A stretch of 64,000 nucleotides of DNA from Albugo candida (GCA_040437565.1 JBDOQK010000002.1:930001-994000); one strand, 5' to 3'; positions 11,655-23,664 are shown, numbered from the stretch's first letter. The notes: generated from the sequence alone by a model not told the origin. Translations and numbers: made by a program.

Positions 11655-13473
11655 TTACAAAACACGTCGACTTGGATGGGGCGGAGGCTTTGCGTGCGTT
11701 GATGTGACTACATCGGGTTGGGTTGGAGCTGATCCGGTATCGCCAAAATGACTAGGTGTGAACGAATTTCGTGATCCGAGCAAGTCGGGTCCCGCAACGA
11801 TGTCCTGTCTGGTCAGTGTATTCCCATTTCGATGATTTCGCTGTTTTGCTTTTGCGCCTTCCTTCAACGTGCGAAACCATTTTTCATACTTGAGAAGCGT
11901 TTCGTCCTAAGAAATTCGATCAGTTGGGAACAATCCGTTTAAGAGAGTGTCCTTGTACCTTATTTTTGAGCATTTGCTTCAATTTTACCACTTCTTCGTT
12001 TGAGAATGTATCGTTTCGTGGTGGCGTTATTATGTTTGCCTTTTTGGGCGATACTTCTGTGCGATCGCGCTCTTTTTGCCTTCGCCACTCTTCTAAGGCT
12101 TTTTTTATCATGGAAAGCTGTGAAAGTTTGAGAGTAACACGAAAGAATGGCTATTGAGAATGTACTTCATACTTTGTGCCCGTATTCAGTTTTGAACTGC
12201 TCCATGGCATGCTGTGTTGATTTACACTCATCTTGCACAGTGCTTAGCGCTTCACATTTCTGATATGGGGGTCAGGAGCTTAGAAGGATGTAGCGTTGAA
12301 TGGCAATATGATACCGTCAATAGCTTTGCGTTTTCGCTGCTGAGCGATTTTATTGTGCTCAATAGTCGAAAGATCTCGTGCTTTTGTTGTGAGATGATCT
12401 CTTTCCATTCGACCGATTTTGAAGGAGTATTGGATGATTCGTCACCTGATGGGGATATAGTCGATGTGGTTGTTGCGCGCGTGCCAATACCGTCGGAGCT
12501 TTGAGGATGTTGGATCACTGGACGACCATTTTGATTCTCGATCAGCCTATTACCAGTAAATGCATATGTGCTGGAAGTCTGAATTTGACCGAGTTATACG
12601 AACCGCAAACGCTGATTCCTCATTCTCGAAGCCGCTGCAGCACGTAAGGTTAGCCCTCCGTCGATCATAGTTCCAGTGAGATTCATCATAGGAGCTCTAA
12701 ATGCAGTCTGTTTTCAACAAAGCCTGTTCATTCCTTCGAACGCACCTTACTTCGGAAGGCAGCAAACAAAACGAATCTCCTAGCGAGGATGATAGATGAC
12801 GAGAAGCAGCCAGCAAATGTGTCTTCCATCAACAATGAGAAAATCTCGCATCACTGAGTCTTTTCAATACAAAGTACTTGCCTTTTCCGCTCTCAGGGAG
12901 TTGGAGAGACCAATCGCGTTTAATTTAATCCACAACTCTTCGATTTCCATGGCTGCAAGATTGAGTTCATTTTCGGTTCTTACCGCATCTCCTTCCGGTA
13001 ATGCTGGGTTATCCTCAGAGACGTGATAATCAGCAATTTTAGTAGAATGCTGTTCAAAATCTGCCGATGTTTTGGTTTCATCATTACTGTGGCTCAATGT
13101 CACATGTAATCCATGCAATTGCTTCGATTCAGTTGGAGCTTGCGTTTCTCCAAAAAGTGTGCGAATTTGGTCTGCTCTCTGTGAATAGTTTCTAGCAAGA
13201 AGATGAAGCGCTTTTATCGTTTTTATATCTGTGATACTCTGAGCGGATTCTTCAAATCGCTGTGCGGCCAATCGAGCTTCCTGCTCAGCGGCTAAAAGCT
13301 ACAAATGAAGGCAATGAATCGTTAGTCCGGGATCATGTTAGCGAATGAAGTGAACTTGAAAGTACTACATTTTGATTTTGTAGCATCTCGTCAACGCGAA
13401 CCGCATGAAAGTGCGCTTGCACAGCCGGTGAAGATGCGTCATACTCTTCTTGTTCAATTTGACCCAAGCGCAT
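11655..13473 (-). CDS. Multi-exon MIT-like domain plus coiled-coil protein, NRBF2/Atg38-like
   Basis: ATG at 13473; exon 1 13473-13369 splices in frame to 13298. N-terminal three-helix pattern SPAVQAHFHAVRVDEML...LAAEQEARLAAQRFEESAQ...IKALHLLARNYSQRA. Later coiled coil EIISQQKHEIFRLLSTIKSLSSENAKLL. Further exons run through the 12252, 11920 and 11655 ORF fragments. Confidence 0.6.
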
Positions 13474-15141
13474 GAGCTAGAGCCTAAATGTAATTGTGCC
13501 ACTTAAAGCAGACTGTTTGTGCAAGCAAGCATAAAACTTGAGAACTATATTGGAAAATAATGATATGGCGACAAATACGTCTAGCTCTTGACAAACGATC
13601 CAGTTGCGTCCAAAGAATTTGTTTCTCGTAGTCGCAAGTTCTGACCTTCTCCTATGTTGCTTTAATTCTAGGAAGGAGTCATAATCGTTAGCATCCGCTG
13701 AATGGTTTGACTCCTCCACCGTTATTACACGCCGTCAATGCCTGAAGCCTTGTTCTCATATCATCCACCTCAATTTCCGTACCGTTTTAGTCAAGCGCTT
13801 TACTTGTCATGATATTCCTTGAAACCTTTACAGCGGTATCCAACTCTATTGTGTAGGATTTCGGAAGCGGTTGATCTCCAAGCACTCGTGTGCAACTTTC
13901 TTCCATGATCAATCGATAGCTCTCCTCCAATCCGATTACATGCTGGGTTGCAGTGTCGGCGATAATCCTTCATTCCTCTATTGATCCAACCATTTGTTTC
14001 GTTGATCTCAAGCCCTGTCTTCCAGCGAGTACCACTCCTGCATTTCTTCGATTCGGCTGTTAGATCTTATCGATATGGCTCGGTCGAATGTAGATGTGTT
14101 TTTATTTGTTGGTGATGCGGCTTTTAGTAGCTGTCGAAGTGCGTATCCGCCTACACGGCGTTTCATGGCTGTGCTGATACGCTTCGTGTCTTAATTACGT
14201 TAGATTCAACACAAGCCGGGAACTACAGCACTGTTCCTAGCAACAATTGGCGACATCGATTACGGAATCAGGTCGTGTATTCCGTCTGTTCCGAACTTTC
14301 AAAATCAGAATATGCTTTGCACCCATCGAAACCTCTATCGCTGCTGATCGTTCGATGAATATTGCAACGATTCCTGCAGCAATTCAGAGGCACTACATCT
14401 CGAGAAACGAATTATGCATTGCATTCAAATTGGAGCTGCAAAATGATAGACTCACTTCAACTGCCATTCATTCCGTCGAATCATAATCACTGCTAATTTC
14501 GACATTCCTGCNNNNNNNNNNNNNNNNNNNNNNNNNNNNNNNNNNNNNNNNNNNNNNNNNNNNNNNNNNNNNNNNNNNNNNNNNNNNNNNNNNNNNNNNN
14601 NNNNNNNNNNNAGCAATTCAGAGGCACTACATCTCGAGAAACGAATTATGCATTGCATTCAAATTGGAGCTGCAAAACCATAGACTCACTTCAACTGCCA
14701 TTCATTCCGTCGAATCATAATCACTGCTAATTTCGACATTCCTGCCTTTTGATTATTAGGCAAGTCGGAATGATGAGACTCAGTCGCGATTCATGCTTCC
14801 ATGCTATACGCCAATTGTCACTGGAGCTTCAGAAATTCAGCAGCTGAACCGCGTGATTTGGCTTCTCCATTTGCTTGACATCTCACAATCGGAGTTTGGT
14901 CGCAAGTCTATAGTGTCACTGATGCACGCATACCGCGGCCTTACAAAAGCAGATCGTGCTGCGTATAAAACTGACAGGTAGATAGTATCCCACTAAGCCA
15001 GTGTCTGTCGTGTTTCGATTATGAGCGTTCCATAAGAACAGGTTCATCGAATGGATCGATGACATTGTTTCCGCATCGATTTCAAGCCTAAAATAGCATC
15101 CTGCACCGGTCGACCTACGAACTGGGCATTCTTCCATAACA

Positions 15142-16905
15142 ATGAATTTTAATCACTGGAGGGATGCAACTCGTGGAGTTGGTGATGCTTTAATCATAAA
15201 GCGACGACAACGAGAAAACAATGTGGCAAAATTAGTTCACGCGATAAGCGATTCCAATAATCAGTGTCATCGTGCAAACTGGGAGCAGAACGTTCAATCT
15301 AAAGATCGTGCTGCAAAGATCCACCAGACATATTCGAAATTAAAAAACCAACAAGAATCTCAACTTCATGCCCGTCGCATTCGGTTGACATTACTTATTG
15401 ATATTCTTCAAGCTACAGGCTTGACTAATGAAATGCGTCTTTCAGACTTGCTGAGCTATACAATCGCGAATTGGAGGAATGGACAGAAGCTTGTGCTGCT
15501 AGCATTGAGACCCCGGAAGATCGAAAGCAAAAGTTCGTCTGATTCTTAGTTGATTGACTCGGAGATTTCTTATGCATCTGATGGTTTCAAGGATGATTCA
15601 GCGCGCCAAGGAACTCAAAACTCGACGTGAACGCGAAAGAAGAGAGCTTGCCGAACAGAAACGTTTGCAGCAGTATAGGTACTATGTTGCTCCGAGTAAG
15701 TGTTGACCACGGAATATTATGACTTATGAAGCTTCGCAGAGAATCAAGTGATGATTTACGAGTGAGAGACTCTCGGAAATTACAAGTATTGACCTTGGAG
15801 GAACGTTCACAGCAGCTGATAGAGCGCGAGCGCATTCTTGACGACGAGGTTAGTCAAGCTGTCCATTAGAGGAAAGTGATTGATTTTATTTTCACTTTAG
15901 CACAAATATGAAGAAGAAATGGCACGTCTGTGGGAGCGCGATCGATTACTGAAGGAAGAACGAGAGCGAGTTGATCATGATAATGTTGTCAAGTCTAATG
16001 AACAAGTCCGAAACATATTAGACCTGCAGGTCGATCTAGTGAGAAAGCGGCGAGAGGAGGAGAAAAAGCTTCGAGATCTGGAGGATTCTTCGTTATTGAA
16101 AGAATGGAGCGAACAAAAGCGAGCACAAGACGCGTTAGAGAATGCAAAACGGGCCAGGGAATTACAGGTAGTAATCAAATTGCATCCAGTCAGTTTGCAG
16201 GCTCACAAGATTTTGTTTTAGCGTGCTTTGGACGTGAAGAAATTCAATGTCGAGCGAGCCGAAAATGCTCAAAGAGAAACTGAAAACGAGAGACAGTATG
16301 ACTTACGTCTTCTGGAGCAAGCTTTAACAAAAGAGACCGAAGATCGACGTATCGAGCAAGATACGCAAAGAAAGTATAAGGAGGAGCAGCTTTCGTATCA
16401 GCGGATGCTGAAGAAGCAAATGGAGCTGGAGGCGGAAGATGTGTCTGAAGCTGATAAACTTCGGAAAGAGCTGGAGGATCAAGTGTGGAAGCGACAGGAT
16501 GATCATCATATGGCTGAGGAAGCAGCGCGTCAGGAGCTGCTTCGGGAAGTTCTGAACACAAGGAAGAAACAGGTCGCATCCAAGCAGTTTCAGAAACAAC
16601 AGGCGAAAGAAGCTGAGATGAAACACATGGAGCAAATAAAACTGGAAGGAGAAGAAGCATTACAAAAAGAATTACGAGAGCAAGAGGAGAAACGACGAGA
16701 GCAGAAAAAGACACAAATGGATGTGTTATATCAACAGAAAGAGAAGAAAATGGAAGAGCAATTGAAAAAGCAAAATGAGTACTTACAGCTGACAAGAATG
16801 CAATTTGCAGAAAAGAAACACAAAGAAACAGTTGCCAAATTAGCGGAACAAGCTCCACGGACAAATTTTAGAAGAAAAACATCGCAATGGTATTTCGATA
16901 GCTAA
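15142..16905 (+). CDS. CFAP53: Cilia- and flagella-associated protein 53 (trichohyalin-plectin homology coiled-coil family), multi-exon
   Basis: Spliced translation ...LHARRIRLAELYNRELEEWTEACAASIETPEDRKQ.MIQRAKELKTRREREREELAEQKRLQQYRESSDDLR... resembles CFAP53/CCDC11. E/K/R/Q-rich coiled coil throughout; ends PRTNFRRKTSQWYFDS. Several short GT-AG introns join the ORF fragments at 15142, 15919 and 16228. Confidence 0.75.
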
Positions 16906-17014
16906 AAGACGGCTTCAGTGAGAGTACGAGCCCAATTGGTATATATACAAAGCTCTTTCACGTCATAATTTATTATCGATGTAAACGGAGTCTTCTAATG
17001 GGACCGATTGTTCT

Positions 17015-19291
17015 CTATCTGTCTACAGGATTCGCTTGCATTCGCACTTGACACTGCGTTGAATATGCAGTTTTCAGCAGCTCTCGCATCGTTGACTGTG
17101 CCTCCAAAAGGTTCATCTCAGGCGGATCTGAGAGTTGAATATCGGTTGATCCAGCTGCATCAGCTGGGGCCATAGTTCCGTGATGAAGAGTGTTTTGCTC
17201 AATACCCCGTATTGTCACGTCCGCCAAGCTCTTGAGAAAAAAGTATTTGTCTCCGGATAAGCATTCCCGTGGAAACTCATCCGCAATACTCAAACATCCA
17301 ACGACGAACCCGTCCGAAGTGATCAGTGGGAAACCAGCATAAAACCGTATCTGTCCGCTTTTCACAAGCGGATTCTTTGCAAATCGAACGTCTTCATTTG
17401 TGTCCAGCACGATCATAGGCTCATCGGACATGATCGTGTGCGAGTCAAAAAGGACATTTCGAGGTACTTCGGACTTTTCGATTCCCACTTTTGCCATAAG
17501 AAACCCAGTTCTGTCCCCAATTAGGCAAATTGCGGCTACTTGACACGATGTTTCTGCCACTGCGTATTCACACATTTCGTGAAAGTGATGACCTGGATCA
17601 CCCAAGTAGAGTTGCCGTACTTTCGTGAGACGATCTGCCTCATTTTTTGGTATGGGTGCCTTAGGCCACTCCTGCCGGCTGGTATAGCTCAGTGCGTAGG
17701 TGAAGCGTGTGTTTTCTCGAACTGTTGAGGCAAGTTCTACAGCAATCATTTCATCGTCTGTCAGGCTGAGTGTGCTGTCAATGGAACTGTATCCCGTGTC
17801 AGTGCCCATAGAAGTCAACGACCCTGGCCAGTCCTTTGTAGCGCGTTTTAATTTATATTGATCGTAGTATGTAAATGACCCGCCATTTCCCTCTGATTGT
17901 GAGACTGCGTTCTTGTTCTGTACAGAGAGCATCGCCATTTCCCTTTCTATCGTCGGCGTGTCGGCACTACGTGAAATTTCTCTACGTCGAACTGGCGCAT
18001 CTGGAACATGCTCTCTGGATGATCTTGACCTCGTTCTTTGACTTGGAATCTTTCCATTATGGCGCTCATCAGGTACGCCTCCTCTATCATTTTCAATCTT
18101 GTCATAATATTTCTTCTTCGAAACCTCATCAGAGCCCGAGCGCACATCACCAATCCCTGTAAAAGACAAAGATGACGAGACACTGCTTGACATACTCACT
18201 TTTTGATGTTCATAATATGACGGATCTCCATAGTTTGGGACTATTGCTGAACCATTTCTATAGCAATTGGCACATATTCGAAGCTCTTTATTCATTCCTC
18301 CTTGTTTCAAATTTTTCAGCTCGGAACATCTACTACAGACGACATCTCCACAAATTCGACAATGATGCTTTCTTCGGATCATAGAAAAAGGCTTCTGACA
18401 TTTACAACATGCAAATCCATCTTTGAATTGCTTCTTAGATAATATCGTTTGACTCACAAGTGCCCGGGCAATCAATGTGTTGGATATTTCCGTCACACAA
18501 GATACCATCTTTGTCATCCAGGATCGCGTAAGGGTGGAAACTGTCGCTCTTCCCGGATGTCCCTCTGATATATATAGCGAAATTCTTAGCGATTTTTCTT
18601 CGTTTAATTCTTCAGCAACAATTCCACATCTTCGCATCCGAAGTCGAACGACATTCTGTGAAGCTGGCAAAGGTGCACACCCATCAAGTTGTATAGATTC
18701 CCATACTGACGCCCCAACATATAAACCCGTTCTGCTCGCTGATTCACACTCGTCCATTTTTTCCATAACATCTCCATATCTCAGAAACAAGTAGTCACGA
18801 TGCGGTAAATTAGGTTTTGCTGACTGGAGAGCCATCCAATTCACTGTCATACTCTCATTGACTCTCGAAGGATCTTCCTTTGCTCTATATAGAACGACGC
18901 CATCAAGAAATAAAGTTCCAAATATCTTCCCCATTACATCACGCATCCTATCTGAGTCCTCCATTCGAAGCATCTGCATCACTTGAACCAGTGGAGCGTT
19001 CACAGTGGTGACACCTTTTATCGTGTACACTTCGTTGCAACACGCTTCGTAAATCTGTAGATTTTTTTTGTCTTTGATCAATGTCATTTCAGCATACCCT
19101 GCCAATGCATCCAAACGCGATTGACCCAAATAGCGCAACTCACGCTCAACTTCTTTGGAGATAGAAGGACGATAAGTCTTCTCAACAATGGGAAACATAG
19201 AGTATGAAGTCGAAAGACTCACAACGCTGCCCGAGTTGGACGCATCGATGCGATCGGTGCTGAACGAACTATCGAAACTTCCCGAGTTCAT
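17015..19291 (-). CDS. START-like + FYVE zinc finger + GAF domain protein (paralogue 1)
   Basis: 758-aa intronless ORF. FYVE: CCKCQKPFSMIRRKHHCRICGDVVCSRC...RICANC. GAF: WPKAPIPKNEADRL...RFAKNPLV...IRFYAGFPLITSDGFVVGCLSIAD. N-terminal helix-grip-like region (HRDYLFL). Confidence 0.88.
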   Translation of the reverse strand: MNSGSFDSSFSTDRIDASNSGSVVSLSTSYSMFPIVEKTYRPSISKEVERELRYLGQSRLDALAGYAEMTLIKDKKNLQIYEACCNEVYTIKGVTTVNAPLVQVMQMLRMEDSDRMRDVMGKIFGTLFLDGVVLYRAKEDPSRVNESMTVNWMALQSAKPNLPHRDYLFLRYGDVMEKMDECESASRTGLYVGASVWESIQLDGCAPLPASQNVVRLRMRRCGIVAEELNEEKSLRISLYISEGHPGRATVSTLTRSWMTKMVSCVTEISNTLIARALVSQTILSKKQFKDGFACCKCQKPFSMIRRKHHCRICGDVVCSRCSELKNLKQGGMNKELRICANCYRNGSAIVPNYGDPSYYEHQKVSMSSSVSSSLSFTGIGDVRSGSDEVSKKKYYDKIENDRGGVPDERHNGKIPSQRTRSRSSREHVPDAPVRRREISRSADTPTIEREMAMLSVQNKNAVSQSEGNGGSFTYYDQYKLKRATKDWPGSLTSMGTDTGYSSIDSTLSLTDDEMIAVELASTVRENTRFTYALSYTSRQEWPKAPIPKNEADRLTKVRQLYLGDPGHHFHEMCEYAVAETSCQVAAICLIGDRTGFLMAKVGIEKSEVPRNVLFDSHTIMSDEPMIVLDTNEDVRFAKNPLVKSGQIRFYAGFPLITSDGFVVGCLSIADEFPRECLSGDKYFFLKSLADVTIRGIEQNTLHHGTMAPADAAGSTDIQLSDPPEMNLLEAQSTMRELLKTAYSTQCQVRMQANPVDR

Positions 19292-20462
19292 GAAAGCAGC
19301 GCCAAGACGAAAATACAGTTCAATTGACGCGATACACGTAGTGTGTGGACTTCAGATGATCAATGCTGATGGCTAGGAAGAGATAACCCTGGAACCTGTG
19401 GTATTCTCTACCGCTTTTTTTCCACAATCGAGAATCTAACGCTAAAAATACGGATTGTTACATATAAAACGACGAATTACTACGTGCGATATAATACCTT
19501 GTTTTCAAAAATCTGCAGCTGTCCCGGATGTGGGTAGACGTCTATCTCGTCTTACCACAATATCAGTTTCCGATTTAGTTTGCACGCCGCGGAAATGACT
19601 CGAATATTGAGTCGGAACTACTGCGCTTCAAAAAGTTTATGTCTTGATTTTTTATGCAATAATGTAAAGGCGCAGAGGACCCAGCTGGCATCGAGTTGGA
19701 GCAGCTGATTGTACGAAGAGATTACAAACTGATACAATGAGATATCTTTGTTTATACGGGGATAGGGCATTATCATATGATTACTAGCAGCCAAATCAAT
19801 AGTATTTACACAGTACTATATTGTAGTCCAAGTTCTGTAAGCACTCTATATAAAATCAGTCTATCACTCTTTCTCGTTCATGTACCCATGCAGGTTACAC
19901 CGGTGGCCACACCTTTGAGAAAATACTCTAAATGACATGATTCTATAGGACCCTACTTCTCACTCCGATGACTAATCCGCACCTGTCTCATATAGAATTC
20001 GAATCAANNNNNNNNNNNNNNNNNNNNNNNNNNNNNNNNNNNNNNNNNNNNNNNNNNNNNNNNNNNNNNNNNNNNNNNNNNNNNNNNNNNNNNNNNNNNN
20101 NNNNNNNATCATATGATTACTAGCAGCCAAATCAATAGTATTTACACAGTACTATATTGTAGTCCAAGTTCTGTAAGCACTCTATATAAAATCAGTCTAT
20201 CACTCTTTCTCGTTCATGTACCCATGCAGGTTACACCGGTGGCCACACCTTTGAGAAAATACTCTAAATGACATGATTCTATAGGACCCTACTTCTCACT
20301 CCGATGACTAATCCGCACCTGTCTCATATAGAATTCGAATCAACGAATCAATGAATCTGTAACCGTGCGCAGATTGTATACAAATTTGAATGCGACTTCC
20401 TCCGCACAGTACACTTCAATAGTGTAGACACTGCGTCCTCTTTTTTATTCGTTATTTGCGTT

Positions 20463-20963
20463 ATGGAATGCGACAGCAGCAACGGAATAGATGCAACAAT
20501 TCAGCAGTTCCGTACACTAAAACTACAATCGGAAAGACAATGTGAACCGATACTGTCTCATCTTTCGATAACGAGTTGCAGTTGTACAGTTCCGTCTCCG
20601 TCTAGCAATGCAAAGTGTACCTCAGAGCAAGTGGAATCATATCGTCAATGCGCTCAACATTCGCAGGATGAGGGCGACGCAAGATGCAGACAGCACTTTG
20701 ATGCGATGCAGAAGGAAGTCGTGGCCTTACAAAATGCATTGATGCTTGAGAGACATCAGAATCGGGTGTTACGTGCGGCTGTATGTGAAAAAACAATGCT
20801 CGAAGAACAGATAAAAGAGCAGAATATTATGATTGCAAGCTTACAAGAGCAGGTTCGACAAGCTCGTTTATCGAGCTATCGTCTTCAATTGATGCTACAG
20901 CAATCTGAGCGAGGTTTTGCGCAAAATCAAGCGTTCCCACCACCACCTCCAGATATATTTTGA
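20463..20963 (+). CDS. Small coiled-coil protein ending PPPPDIF, resembling the C-terminal part of the plant CUE-domain protein family
   Basis: 166-aa ORF. QNRVLRAAV...LQEQVRQARLSSYRLQLMLQQS...PPPPDIF parallels the ENxILKRAV...EQVRTLExxNYAL...PPD[VI]F pattern recalled for that family. Confidence 0.6.
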   Translation: MECDSSNGIDATIQQFRTLKLQSERQCEPILSHLSITSCSCTVPSPSSNAKCTSEQVESYRQCAQHSQDEGDARCRQHFDAMQKEVVALQNALMLERHQNRVLRAAVCEKTMLEEQIKEQNIMIASLQEQVRQARLSSYRLQLMLQQSERGFAQNQAFPPPPPDIF

Positions 20964-22067
20964 ATGCAACTGTGAAACTGCTGTCATTACTACAATTCGT
21001 TTGTTTTTTAGGCTGATCACAGTCCGCATCAGTGACATCACAACACACTGCGGATAGAAAATTCAATTTTAAAGCGCAATTACTTCGAATGAGAAAAGTC
21101 CACGAACGGATGATTGTGCGCACAATGGATCAGTTGTATAGGCGGAGTCAGTTTTTATGCATCAATTGCTTTAACACTCTACAAATAAGAGATTTGTTAA
21201 AAAGCGGCGCAGGCTATTGAGCATCGATCATACTTTTTCTGAGCTTCGCTCTGAGCGACAAAGGTGGCTGCGGCAGTGTAGAATTCTTCGACGAAAGCGT
21301 TCATCTATGGAGCACAGTATACCATCACGTTATGCGACGCAATGTGAGCGCTGGATACATTTGCTTCAGCGATATCGAGCTAATGTCACATGTAAATATG
21401 TGACCGTCATTGCGAGGAAGACGTGAAAGAAGTGGATGTACTTGTTCTTCCAGTTGGGCTAAGGATCGCTGCTCCTCTTCAGTGCAATAGTCGGTGCTTT
21501 CAACCGTGTCGGTTATGTGCGTCCTGGCAAATGAGCATTAGCTTCCTGTATTCTTATAGGATGCTAAGAGTGCTGTACGAGGCTGCTGCTTCACGTCCTG
21601 CACTTTTCCTTAAGGATAGATGCTTGGACCTTCCTGGTATTCTTCCATTTGGCAACCAACATCGTTTTGCGTTCTTTTGATTGGAACGCAAGAGTGTTTC
21701 TGGCCTAGTTATGACTTTGAAAAAGCAAGAAGTCAGATTGTATGATACGTGTACGTGTAGCGAGCAAATGCTGATGGTTTCGAGGGAGGAATTTCTCGTG
21801 GACGCATATCAAAGTTTTCATTAACGCGAAGCACGGTACGTTGTCAGGGTACATTTCTAGAGCAAAAGGTTGGGCAGCAACAAGAAGCTTGTAAGCTCAC
21901 TTTCTTATACTAAAGTCGTGACACTTATACATTTTGTGACATGGTTGTTGCGCTCAGTTGAGCAATTGACTGCATCAGTACCAAGCTTAGCGCGCGCTTG
22001 TCCAAAGGTACTCGTCCTTCCGCAACTATAAAAACACTTTGAAATATCGCTTTGATTAGTACTCTTG

Positions 22068-22641
22068 TCAATTTGCTCGTAAACGCTTTGAAACATGCGC
22101 CAATACTGGTGCCGCTGTGAGTAGCTCACTACCTCCACTTTTCCATCGAATCATATCTTTGAAATCGGCAGCACCGGCGATCACAATTTGCTTCTCATCA
22201 TGCGTGAGTTTTCGTGTGAATTCAGTCGAGTCTTCCCACATCGCGCTCATCGAGTGATACAAAATCTCACGATACCTTTCACCGCCAAAAGCGTATCTTA
22301 AGACTTCCTCAATGTTGGAGGTCTCGTCTGATTCTACGAGTGGTAACAACTCTTTGCCCACTTGATACATATAAAAGCAGTAATTGCTCAAAGTAACAGA
22401 AGAAGGACCGGCTTTCAGCATGCGACTGAATCGTTTCGTAAAATATTGCGGAATTCGGACATTTACATCATCACGACGTATTAGCGAAGTAGCCAACCAT
22501 AATGGTAAATCCACTTCGCTTCCTGCTTTGATATCATCTTCCAGTGAGCTAGGATCCAAATAGGCGCATTCCTGTGCATCTGTCAGAAACGTACAATTGA
22601 CGCGTTCTTCACCCGCAAGAATTTCGTGGATGTCATAATAA
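22068..22641 (-). other. Artefactual partial second copy of GINS3 (contig-overlap duplication)
   Basis: 21793-22641 repeats as 22742-23590 across the 100-N gap. The translations are identical and this copy is cut off exactly at the gap. Confidence 0.85.
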
Positions 22642-23016
22642 NNNNNNNNNNNNNNNNNNNNNNNNNNNNNNNNNNNNNNNNNNNNNNNNNNNNNNNNNNN
22701 NNNNNNNNNNNNNNNNNNNNNNNNNNNNNNNNNNNNNNNNNTTCTCGTGGACGCATATCAAAGTTTTCATTAACGCGAAGCACGGTACGTTGTCAGGGTA
22801 CATTTCTAGAGCAAAAGGTTGGGCAGCAACAAGAAGCTTGTAAGCTCACTTTCTTATACTAAAGTCGTGACACTTATACATTTTGTGACATGGTTGTTGC
22901 GCTCAGTTGAGCAATTGACTGCATCAGTACCAAGCTTAGCGCGCGCTTGTCCAAAGGTACTCGTCCTTCCGCAACTATAAAAACACTTTGAAATATCGCT
23001 TTGATTAGTACTCTTG

Positions 23017-23598
23017 TCAATTTGCTCGTAAACGCTTTGAAACATGCGCCAATACTGGTGCCGCTGTGAGTAGCTCACTACCTCCACTTTTCCATCGAAT
23101 CATATCTTTGAAATCGGCAGCACCGGCGATCACAATTTGCTTCTCATCATGCGTGAGTTTTCGTGTGAATTCAGTCGAGTCTTCCCACATCGCGCTCATC
23201 GAGTGATACAAAATCTCACGATACCTTTCACCGCCAAAAGCGTATCTTAAGACTTCCTCAATGTTGGAGGTCTCGTCTGATTCTACGAGTGGTAACAACT
23301 CTTTGCCCACTTGATACATATAAAAGCAGTAATTGCTCAAAGTAACAGAAGAAGGACCGGCTTTCAGCATGCGACTGAATCGTTTCGTAAAATATTGCGG
23401 AATTCGGACATTTACATCATCACGACGTATTAGCGAAGTAGCCAACCATAATGGTAAATCCACTTCGCTTCCTGCTTTGATATCATCTTCCAGTGAGCTA
23501 GGATCCAAATAGGCGCATTCCTGTGCATCTGTCAGAAACGTACAATTGACGCGTTCTTCACCCGCAAGAATTTCGTGGATGTCATAATAATCGCTCAT
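23017..23598 (-). CDS. GINS3: DNA replication complex GINS subunit Psf3
   Basis: ATG at 23598: MSDYYDIHEILAGEERVNCTF...GSEVDLPLWLA...YFTKRFSRMLKAGPSSVTL...FTRKLTHDEKQI, the typical Psf3 pattern; 193 aa. Confidence 0.9.
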   Translation of the reverse strand: MSDYYDIHEILAGEERVNCTFLTDAQECAYLDPSSLEDDIKAGSEVDLPLWLATSLIRRDDVNVRIPQYFTKRFSRMLKAGPSSVTLSNYCFYMYQVGKELLPLVESDETSNIEEVLRYAFGGERYREILYHSMSAMWEDSTEFTRKLTHDEKQIVIAGAADFKDMIRWKSGGSELLTAAPVLAHVSKRLRAN

Positions 23599-23664
23599 TT
23601 GAGCGCTACTAAAATAGTGTGCATCACCTTTTGTGCTCAAGCGACGTGAAAAGATTCCTCTTTC

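Noticed and set aside
13477..15100. Possible gene or ncRNA in the spacer between the MIT gene and CFAP53
   Set aside because: Only short ORFs. I could not build a consistent spliced model or find tRNA, snRNA or snoRNA hallmarks.
20964..21790. Short ORFs downstream of the PPDIF gene
   Set aside because: Under 100 aa, mostly non-ATG starts, and no motifs or consistent exon chain.
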